This document shows positions 35,553 to 42,408 of a stretch of DNA of 64,000 nucleotides, in pieces (the first letter of the stretch is position 1; every line of letters begins with the position of its first letter). The notes under the pieces were generated by a model that worked only from the letters and a program-made list of their open reading frames with translations, was not told the DNA's origin and ran no database searches. Both the position numbers and the translations under genes were made by a program. The stretch covers positions 11,180-75,179 of the forward strand of contig JANQJY010000098.1 of NCBI GenBank assembly GCA_028281385.1, in the 5' to 3' direction. Source of the stretch: Rickettsiales bacterium. GTDB lineage: Bacteria; Pseudomonadota; Alphaproteobacteria; Rickettsiales; UBA3002.

Positions 35553-35867
35553 GTGTCAACGAGAAGCAGTATAAATTTAGTGCTTGAGGCTGCAAAAGGC
35601 AAAAGTGTGTCTCTAGGCTTACCGGATGATGCCAATGTCTTGGATGCTGCCAGCCGGTTAGGGGAACAGCTCGCAAGAATTAACCCACGCCATCCATCGC
35701 ATCGTGCTGGCGACCCTAATATTAGACCGGGAAAACTTTCTAAAGAGGCTTATACCGAAGCCAGAGAGATTGGTGGTCAAATAGCACGTGCTAATGAACA
35801 GATAACTGAAACACAAGCCGGTGAAAATATGCCTGCCAACAAAGGCGGAGAGCGTACTATTAGCTGA
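35553..35867 (+). CDS. hypothetical protein (104 aa)
   Basis: GTG-start ORF only. Confidence 0.3.
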   Translation: MSTRSSINLVLEAAKGKSVSLGLPDDANVLDAASRLGEQLARINPRHPSHRAGDPNIRPGKLSKEAYTEAREIGGQIARANEQITETQAGENMPANKGGERTIS

Positions 35868-35894
35868 TTCCTGTCCTCTTATAACCCTACACTT

Positions 35895-35936
35895 CTAACA
35901 ACTATCAACTAAAGACTAAAAACTAACCACTAAACT
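35895..35936. repeat. six tandem heptads CTAAnnA between convergent genes
   Basis: ctaacaa ctatcaa ctaaaga ctaaaaa ctaacca ctaaact; supplies the stop of 35923..36519. Confidence 0.7.
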
Positions 35937-36519
35937 CCGGACTTCGGGTTTCAGACGCCAGCTCTTGCATGTCCGCCTCTTTCACATCCACCTGCGCCGT
36001 GGGCTTCTCAGCCATGCGCCCGGGCGAAACGTTACCCAGTTCCCACTCTTCGTCATAATGGTCCAGCACGCCTTGGCCACGTAGCTGGCGTTTAAGTTCA
36101 TCCTTCAATTCCTGATTTTTCTCCTGTAAATCCGTCACTTCCTGTTGAAGCCGCTTGACCTGCCGTTTGCCGTCTTTGACTTCCTGCGTCACGCGGCGTG
36201 CAGCCATGAAAAAGGCAGCCACTGCAGCCATGGCACCCAACACTTTGCCTTTCATACCGGTATGGCGCTGATGTTCCGCATGATACTTCTCCTTGCGGAA
36301 ATCGCCCAATTCACCGATCAAATGGCCGATATAATAAGCGGGGACGCCAAACAGCAACCCGCGTGCCAGCGCGCTCAGCGACTCCGACGACCCGCGATAA
36401 GGCTCTTTCGCCAGCAGGGTGGCATCTTTTCCCTTATCATGCAGAATGGCGTTCAGTTCATCCTGACGCGCCTGATCGCCGGCTGAAATAGGCTCATACT
36501 GTGTTTTCCGTGTTGCCAC
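35923..36519 (-). CDS. hypothetical TM/coiled-coil protein (198 aa)
   Basis: ORF with two hydrophobic stretches and a heptad-like Lys/Glu/Gln region; its stop lies in a heptad repeat. Confidence 0.5.
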   Translation of the reverse strand: MATRKTQYEPISAGDQARQDELNAILHDKGKDATLLAKEPYRGSSESLSALARGLLFGVPAYYIGHLIGELGDFRKEKYHAEHQRHTGMKGKVLGAMAAVAAFFMAARRVTQEVKDGKRQVKRLQQEVTDLQEKNQELKDELKRQLRGQGVLDHYDEEWELGNVSPGRMAEKPTAQVDVKEADMQELASETRSPEFSG

Positions 36520-36692
36520 ACCTGCACTCCGGTTACATTTTTACTCATTATCAGTGTAACAGGATTAGAATCATTTTAAGTGAAGATTTGATGACGACTT
36601 TCGCGCCGGTTTTCGACTGCTGACAATTGGTGACTAACCTGCTAAACTCACCTGCAATATAATAAAAAATTCTAAAGGGAGTAGCGGTCACC

Positions 36693-39686
36693 GTGCCGAG
36701 TATCGTAATAAACCAGATGGTCGAGGAGGAAGTGCCTCAGGGCGGCACTATCTGTTTTGCCTATCCAAAGGATATGAATTACGGGCATTTCTGGGGATCC
36801 AGCCGCCATATTATTTCATTCGGAGCAATTGTCTGCCGTTCTCCGCGCGACTTCATGGTGTTGTTCCACCCCAATCAGATTGAAGTTCACTGGCATAAGC
36901 AAGAGCCAATTCCGGAAAACACCCTGCTCAATATCCAGCTGGAGGAAGTCGGCGGCAATATCCATGTCAATCCCGAACTTGGGTATCCCATTCACAATGT
37001 ATTGCGTTCCGAGATGTATCTGGTCGATCTGGGCAGCCCCAAGGCTGCCAGTCCGGTCTTTTATATCGAGCCACGCATTATTGGTGGGCCGGAAAAGCTG
37101 ATACCGCTACATTCGGGCGACGCCACATCTCGCAATGTCACGGTTTTGTGTGAAGGTGATGCCAGCAAATGTGAGTTCCGTATTTACGGAAAAGGCCCTT
37201 ACGACCGCCCGATGATGGAATATATCCCGGGCGTCCAATATGGGATGGCCGAAGGCCAAAAAGCCTTCAACTCAGTAGAAGCGATCATCACCACCGCGGC
37301 CTGCGGCGGCAGGATCAGCATTGGGACCGGCAATCGTCTGGGCTTTCCGGTCTTCATTCCCGGCAGCGGGTTTATTTTCCGTTACATGGTCGATGGCAAA
37401 GGTGTCATCGGAGCCGAACTGGTACCGGGATATATGAATAAACCTAATCCCTATTGCGGTGATCTGCGCGGGACGTTCAAACCACCGGAAGATATCGAAC
37501 TGAACGGCAAACGCAATTTGCAGGTGCTGGTGTCGCTGTTCAATATTGATCATATCGGCCATCAGGATGTGTATCAGGATCCGGAAGAAGCCTTTACAGA
37601 GTTGGCCGGCTCACTCGAGCAGGAACTAGAGCCGCCGGACTATGTCCGCATTCCGGATGAAGCAGATACGGTAGCCGGCGCTGCGCCTGCAATGCCTGCT
37701 GATGCGGTGCCTCCCACGGCACCCGTGCCACCCCCGCCGGTATCGCAAGAACACGCTGTATCACCAGAATCGCCAGCAATGCCGGATACTCCTGCACCGG
37801 CTCCGGTGCCGCCAGTACCGGCAGCGCCACCCGCCGAAACAGCGCCTCCTCTCCCTCTGATGGAGACACCGATGGCAAGCGATATCGACACGGCCAACTC
37901 CCCATCACCTCACACACAGAGTGCAATGAATTCTGCGCGCGATAACCTTGATGCGCTAAGCGGCAAAGCCAAAGAAAATCTGGATGCCATCGGTGACAAA
38001 GCAAAAGAAAAAATGAAGGGACTATTCTCCAAAATAGGCAAAGGGAAAAAGTCGGAAGATGATCTGCCACCGCCACCACCTGCGATGGCGGATCATGCCT
38101 TCTCTCCCTTTTCCATTCCGGAAAATCAGCCTCAGCCGGCTCCACCGGTGGCGGAACCGCCTGTACCACCAGCACCGCCACCACAAGAACAACCTGCGCC
38201 ACCACCTCTATCACCACCGAAAGACACATTGCAGACACAGATAGACCCGCATGCCCCCATTCCGCCATCGGCCATTCCGCCCGATTATGCGCCGGAAGCA
38301 ACGTCTCCACCGCCTCCGCCATCCTTTCCACCATCTGAGCCGGAACGTCCTGAACCACAGCCAACCTATTTCGTGCCGGAGCGGTCGGCTGAGGCCGGAG
38401 CGACGGCGGATAACCCCGTACCGGAGCGGTCGGATGTGCAGGAGTCGTTGGCTGAGGCCTCGATGGATGCGGATAACCAGGCCGGAGCTACTAACTCCGT
38501 GCCGGAGGCACAAACACCAGAGACACCGCCTGCGTCTGCTGAACCACCACCTGCCGAGCCGCCAGCCGCACCACCGTCGGTGCCGGAAACAGTGCCGCCG
38601 GAACCGATACAAGAAACGGTGCCGCTACCTCCTGTGTACGAGCAATCAAACGCGCAAGAGTCGTTGGCTAAGGCCACGACGGATGCCAATAATCCAGCAC
38701 CGGAGGAACCTGCTCCTCCAGCAACGGAACCTGTTTCACCACCGACGGAGCTGGCCCCACCTCCTGCCGCCCTTCCCGCGCCACCGGAACCGACGCCTGA
38801 ATTCAATCCGGAACCGCAGCCGGAAGAAATGGAGAATGAAGAAGAGGATGAAGAAGACACCGTTTTTGCCGAATCGCATGATGACAACGTATGGAATCAG
38901 CCGCCAGAGGCGCCCGTAACGGGCACGAATGCCCCGAAAGAACAGCTCAAAACACCTGCACCACCTTCCCCGCCAGTACCACCACCAGCAGTCGACAAGA
39001 TGGGTAATCTACCTATCACCGAATCGCATGATGATGATGTATGGAACCAGCCTGTGCCGGAGCGGTCGGCTGAGGCCGGAGCGACGGCGGATAGTTCTGT
39101 ACCGGAGCGGTCGGCTGAGGCCGGAGCAACGGCGAAAAATTCTGTGCCGGAGCGGTCGGCCGTGCAGGAGTCGTTGGCCGGGGCCACGACGAATGCGGAT
39201 CACCAGGCCGGAGCGACGGCGGATACTCAACCACCGACACCACCGGCACCGGCAGAGCAACCATCGCCGGTACCGCAGCCAGTAGAGCAGACACCACCTC
39301 CACCACCCGCGCCGGAGCCCGTGCCTGAACCGTCTTTTCCACCTCCGCCTCAGCCACCAGCACCGCAATCGGCCGCACCGCCTCCTACACAGGAGGCCGC
39401 ACCAATACCTGCACCACCTGTTGAACCACCACCAGCACCACAGCCCGTACAGGAAGCACCACCACCTCCTCCACCCGCGCCGGAGTCACAGACGAGTGAA
39501 CTACCGCCATCGACCCTGCCGCAAGGTATTATGGATACGGAAGACCAGCCGAATTATTTTGAATATATTGATGAACGCGCTGGGCAGGAGGCAGGAAATG
39601 CGGAGGAAACCAAACCAAAAGGGTTTAGCGCCGCGCCGCCCAACCGTCCGGCCTTCGGCTCCATCCCGCCTAAAGACGAGGAGTAA
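36693..39686 (+). CDS. 997-aa protein: about 300-aa globular N-domain plus about 700-aa proline-rich low-complexity tail containing several in-frame repeat elements
   Basis: GTG start with GGGAG RBS; long uninterrupted frame; PPPP/APxP runs; duplicated ESHDD(N/D)VWNQP motif. Confidence 0.7.
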   Translation: MPSIVINQMVEEEVPQGGTICFAYPKDMNYGHFWGSSRHIISFGAIVCRSPRDFMVLFHPNQIEVHWHKQEPIPENTLLNIQLEEVGGNIHVNPELGYPIHNVLRSEMYLVDLGSPKAASPVFYIEPRIIGGPEKLIPLHSGDATSRNVTVLCEGDASKCEFRIYGKGPYDRPMMEYIPGVQYGMAEGQKAFNSVEAIITTAACGGRISIGTGNRLGFPVFIPGSGFIFRYMVDGKGVIGAELVPGYMNKPNPYCGDLRGTFKPPEDIELNGKRNLQVLVSLFNIDHIGHQDVYQDPEEAFTELAGSLEQELEPPDYVRIPDEADTVAGAAPAMPADAVPPTAPVPPPPVSQEHAVSPESPAMPDTPAPAPVPPVPAAPPAETAPPLPLMETPMASDIDTANSPSPHTQSAMNSARDNLDALSGKAKENLDAIGDKAKEKMKGLFSKIGKGKKSEDDLPPPPPAMADHAFSPFSIPENQPQPAPPVAEPPVPPAPPPQEQPAPPPLSPPKDTLQTQIDPHAPIPPSAIPPDYAPEATSPPPPPSFPPSEPERPEPQPTYFVPERSAEAGATADNPVPERSDVQESLAEASMDADNQAGATNSVPEAQTPETPPASAEPPPAEPPAAPPSVPETVPPEPIQETVPLPPVYEQSNAQESLAKATTDANNPAPEEPAPPATEPVSPPTELAPPPAALPAPPEPTPEFNPEPQPEEMENEEEDEEDTVFAESHDDNVWNQPPEAPVTGTNAPKEQLKTPAPPSPPVPPPAVDKMGNLPITESHDDDVWNQPVPERSAEAGATADSSVPERSAEAGATAKNSVPERSAVQESLAGATTNADHQAGATADTQPPTPPAPAEQPSPVPQPVEQTPPPPPAPEPVPEPSFPPPPQPPAPQSAAPPPTQEAAPIPAPPVEPPPAPQPVQEAPPPPPPAPESQTSELPPSTLPQGIMDTEDQPNYFEYIDERAGQEAGNAEETKPKGFSAAPPNRPAFGSIPPKDEE
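38372..38492 (+). repeat. family-A units (short plus hairpin variant) in frame in 36693..39686
   Basis: Translated VPERSAEAGATADNPVPERSDVQESLAEASMDADNQAGA. Confidence 0.85.
38639..38705 (+). repeat. degenerate family-A hairpin-variant unit in frame
   Basis: ..caagagtcgttggctaaggccacgacggatgccaat.. translated QESLAKATTDANN. Confidence 0.6.
39053..39232 (+). repeat. three family-A units in frame in 36693..39686
   Basis: Translated VPERSAEAGATADSSVPERSAEAGATAKNSVPERSAVQESLAGATTNADHQAGATA. Confidence 0.85.
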
Positions 39687-39689
39687 TGG

Positions 39690-40958
39690 TTACCTGTTAA
39701 AAAAAGAGCCTTGATTTCTCATGATTTGTTCAATGCCTTGTATTCTGCTGCGATATGCCTCCATACAGTCATTGGCCACACGATCTGCGGCACCCATATC
39801 GCCATGCTTATGCAATTCGTTCAGATCCAACGTCAGATTCACATTAATTTCAGAGAGATGTAACATGCCCTGCTTGTCCTGCAACCAGTCTACACCGGCA
39901 ATTCCAACCCCTGTAAGATCGTAAAAATGTTTCGCCATACGCTCCACACGCGCTTTATTTTCCGGCGTTAAATCGTTATCGAGATCGACAGGCGCGATAC
40001 TGCCGCCCTGCGCATAATTCGCCAGCCATGATCCCTCTTTTGGATAACGCAAATAGGCCCCAACGCATTTTCCATGCGAGATCACAACACGCATGTCACC
40101 CTTGTTCGGTTCCAGCCATTTCATGGCCAGCATCGACCGGTCAGGAAAAGAAAAGTCATCAAACGGTTCAATCTTTGACGACTGCTCATGCGAAGATTTC
40201 TCATCATATTCAATAAGAAACGCTCCGTTTTCCTTTTCTTTGAAGATGCGGTAAACCGCCTTGCCGGCAATACTTCTTGGATCCTTAAGCACGACTTGGT
40301 CGAATCCGTGCTGCTGCATAAACTGTTTCACGTCCTCGACAGATTCTACCCTGGCACTCGTTGTACACAATCTTTCTCCACCAGAACGTTGTGCCATTTT
40401 TTTGTCAATCTCAGGAAGGTTGGCTTTGTTTTTGGCACGCAAAGCTCTGGAAGGCGGGCTGACAAAATAAAGTTCCGGATGTCTTCTTGCGATATACCGG
40501 TCAATCATTGACAGATTAGTACCTGAAACGCACATATCCACCTGATCGGTAGATAATGTCTCTGGCGGACACGATTTCATGTGCTCTTTAAGCTTTACTC
40601 CAAGTGCTTCACCATCACGTGACGGGCCATGCTCTCTTTTCAGCATATCTGTCAGATCATACGCATCGAATAAAAAAGAAACGCCTTGTACATTATACCC
40701 ATACCCATGATTCCGGGCAGCATCATAGTCTTTCTCATCCTCTAGCAACATTTCATAATTCTTTGATGCCGATTCAGGTTGAAAAGAAGCAAAATACAAA
40801 CGCTCACAATCCGGATGATTGGCCAGGGCTTCCAACAACAGCGGTTCATGGACCCGGTCCATGCACCCTGTCACCATAATCGTGGCTTTCTTCGGTGCCT
40901 CTTCAGGCGTCTGCCGTACCCGTGCCTGCCACGAGGTATCTCCTGGTTCATTCAGCAT
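39690..40958 (-). CDS. ATP-grasp-fold enzyme (RimK / glutathione-synthetase-like C-terminal half)
   Basis: ..VVLKDPRSIAGKAVYRI.. / ..MRVVISHGKCVGAYLRYPKEGSWLANYAQGGSI.. / ..GIAGVDWL.D..G.LHLSEINV.. match the ATP-grasp core pattern. Confidence 0.6.
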   Translation of the reverse strand: MLNEPGDTSWQARVRQTPEEAPKKATIMVTGCMDRVHEPLLLEALANHPDCERLYFASFQPESASKNYEMLLEDEKDYDAARNHGYGYNVQGVSFLFDAYDLTDMLKREHGPSRDGEALGVKLKEHMKSCPPETLSTDQVDMCVSGTNLSMIDRYIARRHPELYFVSPPSRALRAKNKANLPEIDKKMAQRSGGERLCTTSARVESVEDVKQFMQQHGFDQVVLKDPRSIAGKAVYRIFKEKENGAFLIEYDEKSSHEQSSKIEPFDDFSFPDRSMLAMKWLEPNKGDMRVVISHGKCVGAYLRYPKEGSWLANYAQGGSIAPVDLDNDLTPENKARVERMAKHFYDLTGVGIAGVDWLQDKQGMLHLSEINVNLTLDLNELHKHGDMGAADRVANDCMEAYRSRIQGIEQIMRNQGSFFNR

Positions 40959-40968
40959 AATACTGTCT

Positions 40969-41011
40969 ATTATAATCCCATAAAAACAATGAGATATGAC
41001 AGTTTCATGAA
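40969..41011 (-). promoter_or_regulatory. box promoter i (ttcatgaaactgtcatat, 19-nt spacer, tataat)
   Basis: -10 at 40969..40974, 10 nt to ATG 40958 of the ATP-grasp gene. Confidence 0.65.
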
Positions 41012-41023
41012 GTTATGTCGCTG

Positions 41024-41569
41024 CTACAGCCGCCGTATTTGAAGCCCGTCATACTCGCGTTCGCGCGCCCAGTTCAGATATTGTGACAATGCATCGACCT
41101 GATCGTCATGCGCACCGTTTGGAAAAGCGAGGATTTCCTGTTCAAATTCTGCCAACCAGCCGGCAAATGTCGGCAGTGCCACCTGTCCGGCTTCGATCAT
41201 CGGGGTCACAGCGGCAAAACGGGTCACCTTATCGCCACGCGGCATCACCGGAATAATCGGCAATGTCGTCTCACGTCTTACATCCTGAATGAGCGACTGA
41301 CCCGATGCCTTATCTTCGATCAGAATGCCTTCCGGGCGAAATTGTTCGGCCAGTGCAATCACCTGGCGTTTTAATTCCGGATATTCCACCCGCCCGCGCC
41401 AGACGTGAATGATCTGATGCACCCTCCCCCGGCGCTGTGAGTTTTTCCCCTCCTCAGAGAGAAGAGAAGAGAGAGAGGCTGAATTCCGGATTCTAACCAC
41501 CACACACGCACTGTAATCCCGTCCCGCGCCAGCCTTAATTGCAGTATCCCAGCTTTGAATGATGGTCAT
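41024..41569 (-). CDS. large terminase, C-terminal nuclease half (split RcGTA g2-like gene)
   Basis: IIQSWDTAIKAGAGRDYSACVV..IEDKASGQSLIQD..DK..R...V.P.IEAGQV.LP..A.WL..FE.E...FPNGAHDDQVDALSQYLNW. Confidence 0.85.
   Translation of the reverse strand: MTIIQSWDTAIKAGAGRDYSACVVVRIRNSASLSSLLSEEGKNSQRRGRVHQIIHVWRGRVEYPELKRQVIALAEQFRPEGILIEDKASGQSLIQDVRRETTLPIIPVMPRGDKVTRFAAVTPMIEAGQVALPTFAGWLAEFEQEILAFPNGAHDDQVDALSQYLNWAREREYDGLQIRRL
41441..41497. repeat. purine-rich heptad-element arm inside the terminase C-half, in frame
   Basis: ..gagagaagagaagagagagaggctgaa.. resembles 27045..27066 (gtgagaagagagaagaggctag); read as ..NSASLSSLLSEEGKNS.. Confidence 0.45.
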
Positions 41570-41654
41570 AAAACGTTAACCTTTTATTAGAGTTTATATG
41601 TCATGGTGACAAAGGAGAAATAGGTAAAATTGTACCTGATGTTCGGAGGATAAG

Positions 41655-42374
41655 GTGGCTGACGAAATCCCTGTGCCAAGACGCAGACCTCAAAAAGATA
41701 GAGACGGACTGAACGAGCTCTTTAAAAATCTGCCTACACCAGAAGAGCTTGCAACACTAAGAAAAATAGGAGAATGGCAAGGCATTATGCGGGAAGCCGG
41801 GCAATCAGGCTGGGAAAGTGTCATGCCTATCTACAAGGACAATTTAAAAGCATTTCGCAAGATGGTGAATGATCCGGAAACATTAAGAAATAACGCATTA
41901 ATCGACCGCTTTGGGACAGATGAGAAAGCCAAAGAAGTGTTGGGCAACACGCTGAAAAAATTTGAAAGTGCAATGGCACTTGGCGAAGCGTTTTCAAAAG
42001 CCAAAAAAGAAGCACTCAACGCCAACGATATTAAATCATTCAAAGGGGCCTTTAATCAGATGTATTCGACCAGGGACGCATTTACAGAAGCAATCGGAGA
42101 AGTGAATAGCGACCTGGACACTCTCCCTAGCTCGCTACATAAACTTTTACCTCATTCTCCCGGCGATATTAATGATAGAGGTATAACACGAGATTATGGA
42201 CACCAAAAGACTATCGAAAAAGAACTGAAAACGCTATTGGACAAGGAAATAATTGAAGAACACATACGTACCGCACCTGCACAAAAAGCGGATATTGGAG
42301 AACCGGATCACGGCCTGCCGGACTCTGCGCGAAATGTCGCGGACAAGGGAAAAGGCAGCCCTCAGATAGGCTAA
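41655..42374 (+). CDS. hypothetical protein (239 aa) lying between the two terminase halves
   Basis: GTG start preceded by GGAGGA; opposite strand to the terminase. Confidence 0.5.
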   Translation: MADEIPVPRRRPQKDRDGLNELFKNLPTPEELATLRKIGEWQGIMREAGQSGWESVMPIYKDNLKAFRKMVNDPETLRNNALIDRFGTDEKAKEVLGNTLKKFESAMALGEAFSKAKKEALNANDIKSFKGAFNQMYSTRDAFTEAIGEVNSDLDTLPSSLHKLLPHSPGDINDRGITRDYGHQKTIEKELKTLLDKEIIEEHIRTAPAQKADIGEPDHGLPDSARNVADKGKGSPQIG

Positions 42375-42408
42375 TACTTCAACGCGCCACTGGTAACGCG
42401 TAACACAC

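Noticed and set aside
35470-35676. 68-aa minus-strand ORF overlapping box h and the start of 35553..35867
   Set aside because: There is no RBS, the sequence is low complexity, and it overlaps a regulatory-looking region. The plus-strand ORF is itself only weakly supported.
38372-39232. Possibility that the tandem GAGCGGTCG units form a CRISPR array
   Set aside because: The units are directly abutting or separated by a few nt rather than by uniform unique spacers of about 30 nt. They are imperfect, occur inside CDSs in frame, and there are no cas genes in the window.
37594-39378. Multiple long minus-strand and alternative-frame ORFs (37594..38364, 38366..38887, 38251..38919, 39009..39378) within the proline-rich gene
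   Set aside because: They are a by-product of CCN/GGN-rich repetitive DNA. All are low-complexity Gly/Arg/Ser strings. The plus-strand 997-aa frame has an RBS and a globular N-domain.
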